A stretch of DNA of 64,000 nucleotides from Tubiluchus corallicola (GCA_030141605.1 JAQGDQ010000416.1:140016-204015), one strand, 5' to 3'; numbered from the stretch's first letter, positions 45,301 to 58,660 are shown. The notes: generated by a model from the sequence alone, not told the origin. Program-made: numbers and translations.

Positions 45301-48300
45301 TTGAAGGACCACCAACGGAGGACACTGTCATTGACATGGAAAGACAGGAAGGTTAGAGGCCATCTGCTCTAATAACTGGTGCATTACAATTTACTTACAA
45401 GTGCATTGTAAAAAATAGCTGTTAGCATTTATTATGATTATTATAAATATTTTATTAGTTCCATCAATTCAGTTATAAGCACTAGTTTCAAAATAGTAAG
45501 ACATAATGAATCTGTTAACAAGATTCTGTAACTTGCATTGATTTCCTGTTTTAAATGCTAATTTATTATTTGTGATAATATTTATCAAGAAACTGCATTT
45601 CTAAAAGGAGATATTTTTCTTTCTTCACATCACAGAAACTGAGGAAGGATTTGTGAAACTTTTTACTAAAAACCTGGAAGTGACTAAGAAATCAGATGCT
45701 TCCTGTGATAATACTTTAGAATCTCAAATCAACGCTTCACTGGCTTCACAGGAAAAGGATTCATCTTCCAGTGGGCCAACATTCAAAAATTTGAGGCATT
45801 TGCTAAGGGTAACTAAAGTACAATTAAAAGGATATTTTAGAAATTTGAAGTTTTAATTGTTGCAATTGCATTTTTCTCTTTGTCTAATTTTGTTTTTGCA
45901 GTCATCACGGTATGTGCGTTAGCTATCTGACATATTTTACTTACTTTTTAATGTATTAAAACTGAAATTTTTTTCACTAGGATCGAAACTTTTGAAAGCT
46001 GACAAATTAGTAGTGCATCCTTTCATCTTTTTGATGTCATTCAATTAACTAGTTTATAATATTTGTGCGCTTAACCCTGTGATAGGTTTAACTTGAAAGA
46101 TTAATTAAAATTTCTAGAAAAACAAATTTTTTTTATTAAGTTTTAAGTATACAGTTATCTGAGTAATGTAGAATTTCAGTGTGGCAAGAATTTGATATTA
46201 GTGTTAAAGACAGGTAAAGTTAACACACAAAAAAATTCAACTCTCTTAATTGATATTTAACAACAAAATATTGATATGACATGTTATGTTAGATTCTTCT
46301 TATGTTTGTAGGTATTGGAGTATGAGAAGTTTCATTTGTTATGCCATCATGCAATAATAGGCAATCAAGTTATTGTGCGAGGCTGTAATCCTCGGCTTGT
46401 TGCATCTGTGATCCAGGCTTTAGAAGTATGGAAAAATTTTCTTAAAACTAAAACATCTCTTAAAGAAACTTCAATTCATCAGTGAATTTGATAAAAATGT
46501 TGAAATATTTTTCAATGTCCTTTTTTGAAAATGCTGTCTTTGTTTCTCTTGGTGCGCAAGTGTAAATATAGCAGTTTTTACTTGGTTTTTCTAAGTCGAA
46601 AACAAAATGAGGTGGTTGGGCTTAAGCAGAAGGAAATGCTATTTTAAAGTATGTCCCAAAAAATTTCCCCCACAAAGTTATATTAATTAGCATTATCCTT
46701 ACTTGCTTGAAAGACTTATGTAAATAGAAAAAAAATTCTTACTTAAAATATTTGTTCCTCCTGGTAAAATGGCACTGCATCGGCTTCCTAGCGTGCACCA
46801 CCAAAAAACACATTATTGTCGTTATTGACAACATAAAGTAATTTAAACTTTTGCTTAGTTAGTGAAAAGTGTGCTACGAATGCACTGGTTATTCAGACTT
46901 TATGCAGTGATTTCTAACTTATTACTAAATGACTTAACGATGCTTAAGGTCATCGCAGGAGTTGAAATTTATAAGTTTTATACAGTATTACACTAACGCA
47001 AGCTCTGTATGCAATAAGGTTGCATGTATGTTAAATAAAATTTCAAGGTGAATTTTTTCGACAGCATGTAAGCAGACAAATTAACTGAATTTTAATATTT
47101 TTACAAGAAATAATTTGAAATTGGAGTTTAGCAATAGCAAAATAGTTGCATAATTAGAAAGATTAATTATACAAAACATGTCAAAACTAAATACTGAGAT
47201 GGTGTAAATAATTTCGTTTTTACAGAGCTTGTTACCAAAAGGTTGTTGCAGAAAGATTGTTTGGAGTTCTGTTTATGAGGATTCTTGGAAGTGCAATTTC
47301 CTTGGTAAGTTAGTGCTTATGTCCTTTAAAGTGAACTGCTGTGTTAGATATATATAACATAATATCAGTTTACGTTGTAAAAATCTGTCTGCAACAGATT
47401 TATCTGATACAAAGTGTCACAGACGAAATTTTCCCACACACTACAGCTTTGTCTGACAAAGTAATAGCAGTAAACATTTATCAGATGAACGTGACAAAAT
47501 CTTTGGTCTGATCTGACTTTGTATGACACAAGTTGAGGCACCGTGCGCACAGACGAGCAGGGCGAGTTTATCAGATACAGAAATTTTAGCATGTTTAATA
47601 AAAATATACATCCGATAAAGTTCACAAAACGACATTTATTGACAGAAACTTTGGCATGTTTAATAAAAATCTACATCTGATAAAGTTCACAAAACGACAT
47701 GTATTGAGGCCTCCCCATAGCAAAAGTGTTTGACAAAGTTGTCTGACAGATTTTGCATAGTGTGTGCCCAGTTATAAGCATTTCGGTATTTCATTTTGTA
47801 GCTGTCTCACCCAAGGTCTACTGATTTATTTTTGAAATGTTAGTAACACAGGATAAAACATGCACAATATTCTGTTGTTAGCAGATTAATAGATTTTACC
47901 TGACAGGTAATGCTTTTGTGCTTTTTCAGTGCACAGATAATGCTCTAATGCTTTTTCACTGCACAAGTAATGCTTTAGTGCTTCCTCAGTGCACAGATAA
48001 TACCTTAGTGCTTTCTCAGTGCACAGATAATGCCTTAGTGCTTTCTCAGTGCACAGGTAATGCTTTAGTGCTTTCTCAGTGCACACGTAATGCTTTAGTG
48101 CCTCCTCACTGCACAGATAATGCCTTAGAGCTTTCTCAGTGCACAGATAATGCCTTAGTGCTTTCTCAGTGCACAGATAATGCCTTAGTGCTTTCTCAGT
48201 GCACAGATAATGCCTTAGAGCTTTCTCAGTGCACAGATAATGCCTTAGTGCTTTCTCAGTGCACAGGTAATGCTTTAGTGCTTTCTCAGTGCACACGTAA

Positions 48301-51123
48301 TGCTTTAGTGCCTCCTCACTGCACAGATAATGCCTTAGAGCTTTCTCAGTGCACAGATAATGCCTTAGAGCTTTTTCAGTGCACAGATAATGCCTTAGTG
48401 CTTCCTCAGTGCACAGATAATGCCTTAGAGCTTTCTCAGTGCACAGATAATGCCTTAGTGCTTTCTCAGTGCACAGATAATGCCTTAGTGCTTTCTCAGT
48501 GCACAGATAATGCCTTAGAGCTTTTTCAGTGCACAGATAATGCCTTAGTGCTTCCTCAGTGCACAGATAATGCTTTGAGCTTTTTCAGTGCACAGATAAT
48601 GCCTTAGACTTAGAGCTTTCTCAGTGGACAGATAATGCCTTAGTGCTTTCTCAGTGCACAGGTAATGCCTTAGTGCTTTCTCAGTGCACAGGTAATGCAT
48701 TAGTGCTTCCCCAGTGCACAGGTAATGCCTGAGTTTTCTCAGTGGACAGGTAATGCATTAGTGCTTCCTCAGTGCACAGATAATGCCTTAGAGCTTTCTC
48801 AGTGCACAGATAATGCCTTAGTGCTTTCTCAGTGCACAGATAATGCCTTAGAGCTTTCTCAGTGAACAGATAATGCCTTAGTGCTTCCTCAGTGCACAGA
48901 TAATGCCTTAGTGCTTCCTCAGTGCACAGATAATGCCTTAGAGCTTTCTCAGTGCACAGATAATGCCTTAGTGCTTTCTCAGTGCACAGATAATGCCTTA
49001 GAGCTTTCTCAGTGCACAGATAATGCCTTAGAGCTTTCTCAGTGCACAGATAATGCCTTAGAGCTTTCTCAGTGCACAGATAATGCCTTAGAGCTTTCTC
49101 AGTGCACAGATAATGCCTTAGAGCTTTCTCAGTGCACAGATAATGCCTTAGTGCTTTCTCAGTGCACAGGTAATGCCTTAGTGCTTTCTCAGTGGACAGG
49201 TAATACATTAGTGCTTCCCCAGTGCACAGGTAATGCCTTAGTGCTTTCTCAGTGGACAGGTAATACATTAGTGCTTCCCCAGTGCACAGATAATGCCTTA
49301 GAGCTTTCTCAGTGAACAGATAATGCCTTAGTGCTTCCTCAGTGCACAGATAATGCCTTAGAGCTTTCTCAGTGCACAGATAATGCCTTAGAGATTTCTC
49401 AGTGCACAGATAATGCCTTAGAGCTTTCTCAGTGCACAGATAATGCCTTAGAGCTTTCTCAGTGCACAGATAATGCCTTAGAGCTTTCTCAGTGCACAGA
49501 TAATGCCTTAGAGCTTTCTCAGTGCACAGATAATGCCTTAGTGCTTTCTCAGTGCACAGATAATGCCTTAGAGCTTTCTCAGTGCACAGATAATGCCTTA
49601 GAGCTTTCTCAGTGCACAGATAATGCCTTAGTGCTTACTTGTTGCTGAGGTAATGCTACTGTCCTTATTTGGTCTGCTGTAATACTTTGGTGATTACTTG
49701 CGATGGGTCAACTAATTGATATTGATGTGCAGAAGGCAAAAAATAATATATTGCTCATGTTTTTATGCGATTTTTTTATTTCCTTTAGGTTTAGACTCTG
49801 ATGGAGTAATTCCAGCTCATGTATTGGAAGATGAAAAGTGCATAGTATTAAATATCGTTCCTCCAGAAACATCTAATTCAGATAGTGGACTGGATCAGCA
49901 AACATTCTCTGGTTATGCATTTGACATAGAAGGAAAGTCTTCACTTATTGATGCAGGCATGTGCTAGTTCACGTTAGAAAGTGCTACATCCTATAATTTT
50001 CGTTAAAAACAAAATTTTGGTTTAAATAAGTGATACAAATGTGTGTTCATGCATTTTCATGATTTAAGTAGCAACTCATTTGGAAAAGATTTACAAAGCT
50101 TGAGCTTACTTCCACTAGTGCGACATCTTGGTTAATTTTTATTTTTTTGCAGCACCTTCATTGTTGGGAAAGATGGAACAAGCAATGAGTCAGCAAAAAT
50201 TTTCAGATGAAGTATTTGAGTGTGCATTGACAACTATGAAAGAGGAATGGATGAAGTGCGTGTAATTTAGACTTCACTTATCAAACTCTTTGACTTTCTA
50301 CATAACACAAATTCTTGAACCCCATATTGCTTCGGCTGTGATTACTGGTTAGGCTGATTGTAACAATTAGTTTTTTTTAGTTTTTTAATTTGTTTATAAG
50401 GAGACATTGACACTGAACTGACTTGGAAAGCATTACTTTTTTCTTGTACAATCCTATTGTTACTAGTATTACATTAAAATCCTAATATTTCACTACTGCC
50501 AACAACCAGTGTGCTTATTACACTGATAAACTGTGACTGAGTTTAGCAGAAGGAAATTGATTCTAACAATGTCTTTGTGTTTGTCTGTTGATAACGCATG
50601 TTGTGTTGATTGGTTGTTTCCTTTCTGCCAAAGTAATCAAGCCTCTTCTACTACTACTGTAAATCTTTTGCATTTGCCCCACAGAGAACATTTGTCATCC
50701 TATAACAAAGTCTGTGCAAAAAGAATTGAAGTAAGGAATAAATAACAGTGTGACTTATTCATTCTTTGTCTAATTAGCTAAAAATATTGAGCATGTTCTT
50801 AATATTGATGTGTCTTGTTACCCGCAGGCATGTTTTACTTCGCCAACTCTACATACGTATGTAAAGATTCTTTATTTCTGTAAAAAAAACTAATATATCT
50901 ACATCATTTTTGTTTCAGTAAAGTAAAGGTGCTATTTAAATTTAGCCGTGCAAGTGGCAGTCACTCGGTTGAGGAAACAAAAAAAGTTCTATGCGTTCTT
51001 GGTGCTACTGAATCAGATGAGTCGTTACTGAAGTTTTGGATGACTGGATTAAGCATCCAGTATAAAAGCCATGCACTTGAAGGATCTTTGAACTGTTCTT
51101 GTGATTCTTACTATGAAATTTAA
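42377..51123 (+). CDS. FLCN: Folliculin (RagC/D GAP, longin + DENN-like), ~594 aa
   Basis: Exons 42377-42530, 42842-42999, 43108-43254, 43386-43570, 43881-44031, 45204-45351, 45636-45808, 46312-46425, 47226-47304, 49789-49956 (GC donor), 50153-50255, 50919-51123 (TAA). Hallmarks: [58 protein letters not shown] (arginine-finger motif), [34 protein letters not shown]. Confidence 0.95.
44441..44829. mobile_element. piggyBac-like MITE in FLCN intron
   Basis: TTAA|CTCCATCAGGACC ... GGTCCTGAAGGAG|TTAA: 13-bp TIR (12/13) and TTAA target duplication. Confidence 0.75.
47370..47772. mobile_element. Degenerate TIR element (PIF/Harbinger-like MITE?) with internal ~65-bp duplication
   Basis: AAAATCTGTCTGCAAC near the left end versus GTTGTCTGACAGATTTTGCATAGTGTGTGCCCAG at the right; GCATGTTTAATAAAAAT..ACAAAACGACAT repeated twice. 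Confidence 0.45.
47901..49637. repeat. 30-bp minisatellite, ~58 copies, in FLCN intron 47305-49788
   Basis: Unit CAGATAATGCCTTAG(T/A)GCTTTCTCAGTGCA; highly homogeneous with repeated variant blocks. Confidence 0.98.
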
Positions 51124-51564
51124 ATGAGACACTACTAGGCACTTTTTACTGGCCTTCACTTTAAAGTCTTTAGAATTTTGGTTAAAAACAGATTAGAGAC
51201 TGAAAAGAAAAAGACTTTATTCTTCTGTTTTCAATACTGTAAATAGATTATAATCCTGTATTAGAAAGTGCAGCTGTACAAGTGTGATTATAGTAGAATA
51301 AAAATGTTTTATAATAATAAGACATTTTGTAGTAAGACAAGTGTAGTGATTATTAAGAACACTCAGGTATGTGAAGTAATATTACAAAATTGACAGTTTA
51401 AACATGGATGCCGTCTTTATCTTGTTTTGTTTTGCATGTTTTATTTGGGCATAAAATTTTGAAAAGCTAATAAGTTGGCTTCCATGCATGTTGTTTTGAT
51501 AATTAAGAAATGTGATGGGACAGAACTTTTTATTTCATCTTCATTCTTCAAATTTTATCGTGAT

Positions 51565-51782
51565 ACATCACAAACTCTTTAGAAACTCTGTTTTAAGTGA
51601 CATGACTTCATTTTATTAACACACCACAAAACATCACAAGCTCTTTAGAAACTCACTTGTGTCTGTTTTAAGTTTCATGGCTTCATTTCATTAACACACC
51701 ACAAAACATCACAAGCTCTTTAGAATGTCACTTGCATCTGTTTTAAGTTACATGACTTCATTTCATTAACACATCACAAGCA
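51565..51782. repeat. ~75-bp tandem repeat, 3 copies, downstream of FLCN
   Basis: ACATCACAAGCTCTTTAGAA...TCTGTTTTAAGT..CATG(A/G)CTTCATTTCATTAACACACCACAAA repeated. Confidence 0.9.
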
Positions 51783-54700
51783 GTTGAGACGAATGTTCTT
51801 ATTTATTGCACAAAAAAGATTGTTTATTGACATGTTAACCTTTTCTCATACTCTTTGTGCATTCGTAAGTGAAACTGATAAATATAGTCCATACATATTA
51901 ACGAGACAAGTAGAAAAAACTAAATTGCGTTCAGAAATATCTAATAGTTTTTGTGATGCAAAATGTAAGTGTTAACTACATTCTGCAAAATGCTACTACT
52001 AATCGTCAATTTGTATAGTAAATATTTCTGCATGTACATTCCGTATTTGAATTCGGTTTTTGTTTTATTTTTACTGTTACAAACAATTTAAATGATGAAG
52101 CATTAATGTTGAGATTGTAACGGAGTTTAACACACCCTATCAAGTTGCCATACATGTATTCTTGAAACTCTATTTATACTCTGTTCATTCCAAAATGTTT
52201 TTTAATCATTTTGATCGGTGGCAAGGAGTATAATATTATATTTGTAAGTAGTGTACGTAACTATTAAAAATTATGCAGATTTACATAAAGATTTACATAT
52301 ATTTAAGTAAACAAATTTCTTGTTTACTTAAATAGTCGTTTATTTAATTTGTAAATAGAACACAATGTTTTCACTTTAATTTATAAACAATAATTTTGTT
52401 TGACGAAACATATCATTTGATACATTTTTAATTAACTCAAAAATAGGTTAGCATAGAGATCAACAACTTTTTTGCAAAATACTGACTATCAGTATCGACA
52501 AATCAAAATTGGTACCAACAAAAGATGAATTTGAAATATTGCTGCAATAATCATGATGATGGCAGTGTTTAGAAAAATTTTAATAAAAATTTTACGTCTG
52601 TTCTCAAAATATTGTCATTTTTAACCAAACTATTTCGAAATTTATTGTAAACTGAAATACCTGCATTTGGCTTTTACAGTAGAAAGTTCTAACCCTGGCG
52701 TTGTTCTTGATTTATGCTTTCGATAGATGGCAGCACATAGTTTTGTTAGTTGTCTTGAATAAAATGTGAATGAAAAAATGTTTTACAGAATTCTTTAGGG
52801 TGAAGCTATTATTGAGCACTATGAACAATTACTTTTAAATGTGTTTTAAGAATTATCAATGATTGAAGCGTAATTATTGTATAGACGAATATATTTCCTT
52901 ATAAACTTTGAAAGGTGGCCATTGAAAGTATACTCAGTTTTGTACCGCGAGTAGGGAGTCCAGGAAGCAACGTTGTTTGGGCTACCCAGCTATGGGACCT
53001 GTTTGGGCAGGGTTCAGGGCTATGCCCCGTAAGCCCATTAATTTCCTACATTTTAGCAGAGAACTTTAAAATAGAACGAAATTATAACTCAGTAATTATA
53101 ATACAGCTAGCTGTACTTTTTTTAGGAAAGTGCAATACCAAAGCCTGGTGATATTTTAAACAGCCTATTACGTGGTAAAGGTAATACAAGTAAATTTGTA
53201 AATACTTGTAAATTTTTTACAAGTGGTAAAATTTCAATGAAAAAGCTGTAGTTTTTTTTATTTCATTTTGTTTTGTTTCGAGCTTCACTATCATTTTTTT
53301 TAAACGAAAGTAGATCAATTTTTGATAAATTTTCCGAAATTTATTGTTGCTTAAATCAAATAATGTCATGATGACGCGAAGGAAGCGAGTACATTGGACC
53401 TTCAGAACCCTGAGAATTTCTTTCTGTATGGTGAAACTGGACTAAATAAGTATTATTTTTGTTTGCTGGCTGCTTAAGCGTCTCTGTCAAGTTGGCTAAC
53501 CTGAGCTGTTTTCAACCTAGACAGTCAGTCAGTTTGCTTACTTAAACAGTTGTAAATCTTGAAACCCATAAACTTGTTTACATATCAATCATAGCTATGC
53601 AATTTATTTAAATAGGTAGATATAGCTGATTTCTAACAATTGATATCAGTAATCGCTCAGATTTTAATAGATAAATTGTTCCTCAAGTTAACAACTTTAT
53701 ATTTGTAGTAGTATTTGACAGAGCTTTTGCCATAAGTAATGGTGTTATGATGAAGTATTTGTAAATTATCAGTAGAACGTAGATCTTACAAAATTTTTCT
53801 TTTAAATATATTCCCTAGAGTACCAGGTCCAAGTTGGTTAACCTGCCTGAATGTTTCAAAGGCTAAACAATACAGCCTAGTCTCCGACAGGGAACTAGAG
53901 GCTGTTTGTCTACAATGGTGCCACTTTACCTGTTGGACTTTTATCCACGAGTTTTTACCTGTATTTTGTTTTTTCGAGTGACTGTTCTGATTGAATGACA
54001 GTTTTGTCCTGGAGCTTCGTGGGGATGCGTCGGATACCAAAAAGCTGATCAAAAATCTACTGGCATCTTGGTCTAGGGCCGCTCAATAAACCACTAGCCT
54101 GCTGCTGTTTTAAAAGTGCTACTTGAAAGCTTCTCATTGTGGCAAAATTCGGCGGATTTCAATGTAATCATTTTAACATAATTTCAAAAAAAGATTTGCG
54201 GTTCGTTTTAAATTAGTCAGAGGTGCAATACACAATCCTAATCAATTTTAGCTATAACTAATGAGACGTAAGCCCAGACTCAAGTCACTGTTCAAGACCA
54301 TTTCTGTTCCCCCACGGAATGCATCAGTTTCTTGAAAATACTAATGAAGTGAGCCGAGAAAACGAATGCTGAGGACCATTACCAGTCTTCAGTTTTCCTA
54401 TAAATTTTCTTGACTATCTGACCTTGAACAAAATTATTTTCCTTGGGAAACCATGCTTCGTATATCTGATTACTGTGAATGAAATTTTATTTTAACTGTA
54501 CACCTACACATTTTATATTATAATATGGTCAAGACATTGATAGTTGTTTGTCATAAATGGAAGAAAAAATATGAAAAGCCACAATGTTTTTGAATTAATC
54601 AATAATATTTTAATTGTTATAATATTAGCAGTTGTTGCAAATGTTAATAAAAACAACAATTCATAAACAATCTATTAATTATTATTTATTTACTATTGAA

Positions 54701-54809
54701 TAAGTTTATCTGCTTGGGGATGATCCTTATATATTTTATTGCAGTTTATTTACGCTATAACACTGCTAAGTAAAAAAAAGTAGTTCGTCCTCCAAATTTG
54801 CTTGGCCAC

Positions 54810-55297
54810 TTCAAAGAGACTGAATTTGCCCATCTTAAGCTGATCAATGCATCTTGTAGTTTTACTTTCCCACGTACCTGGAAAGCTACTACATTACCGC
54901 ACTGTTCAAAACACGTGAATCAAAAGCAAGCTTTAACGCCTCTACATTCTTTGTGGGCTATAACAAAGCTTAATTGGACAGCGCCTGTAATCCCTATTTA
55001 GACAGGGTGGAACTACAAGTTCAAAGGGAGAAGAGCTTGAGAAAGTTGTTAATTTTGATGCAGTTTATGCCAGCGCTGTTATATGCGACTGAGGAATCCA
55101 TTTAAAACTGTTTCGTGTGAAATTTGTGAGTTTTTAAATTGCACGAAATTTGGATAATTTACGGTTGGCACGCTCATGTAGGTGTGAGAGCGTATTCTAA
55201 ACTGGCTTTTAGTTACCTCGTTGAAACCGTATGGACACGCCCACACGTTCTTGGTGGGAACCGCCTTCACGTCGGTCTCACATCATCCTATCACGTG
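54810..55297. promoter_or_regulatory. Candidate distal Notch-responsive enhancer of NRARP
   Basis: CSL-type sites TTCCCACG 54867, CGTGTGAA 55114, GTGGGAA 55254; E-boxes CACGTG 54912 and 55292; TCF-like TTCAAAG 54810 and 55020. Confidence 0.5.
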
Positions 55298-57817
55298 TAC
55301 ATCAGCATAAAATAATTGAGAGAATCAATCAGAACTTATGGAAAATGAAAATTATGGGTCTTATGAAGAATTAGCTAAATTAGGCTTAAAACCAGTGGAG
55401 TTAATTGGAATATGAAAAAGTTAGATATTGCGTTATCTCTTACATATGTTTACAAATTATCATTAGTTTAATTATGTACTAGAATTATAGAGATTTAATG
55501 AGTACATATTTCGTACATTATAACGTATTTGTTTATATGTATGCATTTGTTTATTTGTACATAATTTTGTAGTTGTTTTTATTTTTCTGTAATTGTGTAC
55601 AGTGTGTATTTGTGTGTGTCACTAATATCTTGACATGGATTTCGTTTTAATACTGATGTATTGAGCCTGCAAATAGAGGGGTAATAAAAAAATTCATCAC
55701 AATCTGCAATTGCTTTAAAGGTGTAATCCTTACGTCGGGAAACCGAGACACATTTTAAAACACTCTATCCAGTGTGTTTGTTTTTTTTTGCAATATTTGG
55801 GTTACTAATTTGCTAGCACTCAACTTCCAATATAACTTGCCACATTCCTAATTATAAATGAATACCAAAATAGAAACTCACTTGTTTTATGACTGCACTT
55901 TGCAGCAGTGACTTCCAGGAAGAAGTAAAGAATTCTGATGACAAAGGACTAGCTCGAAGAAGTTATCTAGTCTAATGTATCTATTTTATTGCAGTCATGA
56001 AAAAAACTGGCTCGTCCTAATCGTCTGGGACATAGTCTGTACTTCGTTCAAGTATTCTTTTTTAGTTGTTGATAATAAGCTGTAGTCTGGATGTTTCAGT
56101 GCTTACCGTTTTAGGAAATTGTTGATAAATAATTGCAAGGAAGTACAGTACGCACGTAAGCGTGGGTGGTACAGTAACCATGTAAGCGTGGGTGTATAAG
56201 AAGCCACAGGAAACGGTCGACTAAAATAATAACATCCCACAAATATCTAAGCAATAAATTTGTTGCTCAAACGGATGTTATAACGTGCGAAGTTGATAAA
56301 TTCCGTTTATCAAAGTGAAGACCGATTTAACGTGGGTCTTTGGAGTGGTTTAAATACACCAAACAAAAACCCTGGATTTGGCAAAAGCCACAAAACTGTA
56401 TTCGGTAAACAAAAAGCAATAGGCACGATTTTTATAGCAATTACAGAATGTATGATGCACAGGTACAGTGCACGAAACTGTTATTTTAAGTGTAAAATTT
56501 GTACATTTATTCATGTATTCGTAAATATATACACGCGCCTGATTTTAATATCATTCCTATATAGTCGTTCAGTGCGATTTTTACTTGCACTTCTCGATCT
56601 TTATGAACGCAGCGTAATCGTACAAAAATAAATCACCGTCACGAAAAACCGCCTAGAATAAACTACGGTTGCATTACATGTAGCTATGATCATCGTATCT
56701 TCTCATCTATGAAATGTATGTAATATAAAATTTATTGCTAGCGGCAATTTTTGAACTTGACCGCCATGCACTGGGCTCATCGGAAAAAATGTACCCGGTT
56801 TTTACAATTATAGTTCTTCAATGCCTTTGTAATTTTAGGCGTAGTTATTTTATTGTCGTATAGCCAGGAATAAGTATGTAACTCAGGTAGAAAATTATAT
56901 GCGTAAATAATGCGCTAAAAATAATCCAAGAGATAAAAAAGAACGGAGATATTAATGTTAAATTATATAATTCGCTTCTATTTCCGTTGATATAGTTATA
57001 CTTATTCCACAATTGGAATAAAATAGTCAATAATGGGCTTGTTGTATATTTTAGCTAATATGTTTACTTACTATACTAATGTGTTGCGTTTCCACCCTGC
57101 TAACTTAACATTGTAAATTTGTAAGAGCTAATATCATTATTATCATAATTATCAAGCTTTAAATTATATAATATCAAGTACTGTGTATCTTTTTATTATA
57201 GAGGCTCACTTGTGAAATACTCATTGATATAAAGCGTCATTAGATAACCTGCAGACTTTTATTTCCGATATCTGTGAGAAAAAGTTTGTGGAAACTATAC
57301 CAGCAGGAAATGATACATGCTGGCTGGGTAAGCTAATGCAGTATTCTTCCTGAGTAAAGGCGCTAAAGACAGAAAAGAGATGCTCAGCAGGGGCGGGATA
57401 TTCTGCGATCGTTGCTACGAGGGAAGTGATTTTCAACAAGCATATTGTGCGTAGTTATGTAAACTTCCCTTTCAAAGGGCTGTAACGAGGAAAGCTAGTC
57501 AATAGAAATGCTTGGTTTTGACATTTCCATGCAAAGGATAGTGTTCCGTTTCCCACACCAAAATGAACTATAAATACTTCACATGAATCATCGCTGGTCA
57601 ATGAATTCTCAACCTCTCAACAATGCAGATTAGAAAGCTAAATAAGAATAAATTGGGAGACACTAAAAAGAAAGTATTTACTATTAATATATCAGTGTTT
57701 AAATTCTAAAGCTAAATCCCTCCCTGAGTGGTCTATAAAAACAAATGTATTAGAAATAATAGATAAATTAAAAACCTATCTTTTATCGATGTATAATAAT
57801 TGTTACTGATATATATT

Positions 57818-58245
57818 TATAAGCAATATCCTTTAGCTGCTTTGCACATTTCGATTATAATCTAATTATGGTTGTTCAAATTCGCGCTATATATATATAT
57901 ATATAATATACCCTATCTTCCGCATTTTCATTTATTTACTATGACAGATCTCTTTATTAATTCTGTTTATGTTATTACTCTCTCTCCACTTTGCTCACCA
58001 GCGAGTTATTTATTTACGCGCACAGCTAGAATTTTCAGAATATTGTGTTTCAGCATGACTTGAAAAGCTGAGTTCAATTTAATAACGTTAACATCTGTGT
58101 GCGTAATATTTTTGGTTGAAATGTGTGGTTTGACTCGCGATTTTCCCGTAGACTTGCTACCAGGATATAAGCAATATTCTTTAGCTGCTTTGCACATTTC
58201 GCACCGCGATTATAATCTAATTATGGTTGTTCAAATTCGCGCTAT
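57818..58245. repeat. Direct duplication of ~75 bp (57818-57890 and 58166-58245)
   Basis: TATAAGCAATAT(C/T)CTTTAGCTGCTTTGCACATTTCG[CACCGCG]ATTATAATCTAATTATGGTTGTTCAAATTCGCGCTAT occurs twice, 348 bp apart. Confidence 0.9.
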
Positions 58246-58299
58246 TTAAAGGTGGTTATTTTATTGTATCGGTACATAACGTTCGCAAATTATAAACGA

Positions 58300-58660
58300 C
58301 TTTCCCACGCCGAAGTGGCTTAGCCGCTCACACGCATGTACGAAGCGTGGGAACCCGTCTCGAGTCCCAACTTTCCTGACGGTTCTCGCTAGGGCATGGT
58401 TATGCTGTCAATCAGTGCTTAGAAGGCTACTGCTCTCTTGCCTCAAGTCATTCCCACGCTCTCACGATTTCACACAGGTCCAAGTCCGCAGGATTGTTTT
58501 CAAATTGCCCAAGTCACTACGAGGCATTTAATGCAGATTTGGGACTGAGGTTGCTCTGCGTCTGGGACACTAATACCGTGGGCCAATCAGCTCAGCGAAC
58601 TTTTTTTAAACTTTGACCAATCCGACGAGTGTATTATTTTCAGTCGGCTCCGTGTGAAAC
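58300..58660 (+). promoter_or_regulatory. NRARP proximal promoter with clustered CSL/RBPJ/Su(H) sites and two CCAAT boxes
   Basis: TTCCCACG 58302, CGTGGGAA 58346, TTCCCACG 58451, TTTCACAC 58468, CGTGTGAA 58651; CCAAT at 58583 and 58617; locally higher GC/CpG. Confidence 0.75.

Noticed and set aside
47886-49648. Long repetitive ORFs on both strands ([10 protein letters not shown] / [10 protein letters not shown]), superficially zinc-finger-like or a CRISPR-like array
   Set aside because: They arise from a 30-bp stop-free unit inside a FLCN intron, are broken by indels, have no C2H2 spacing and no unique spacers.
55253-55282. Su(H) paired site (GTGGGAA ... GTCTCACA)
   Set aside because: Spacer is 14 nt rather than the usual 15-17 and the second half-site is mismatched; no canonical paired site was found near NRARP.
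55340-55470. Possible CR1 C-terminal scrap (SYEELAKLGLKPVEL)
   Set aside because: Short, frameshifted and not verifiable without a search.
57826-57834. ATATCCTTT, a U12 AT-AC donor consensus
   Set aside because: No matching U12 branch site or exon context, and the duplicate copy reads ATATTCTTT; likely chance.
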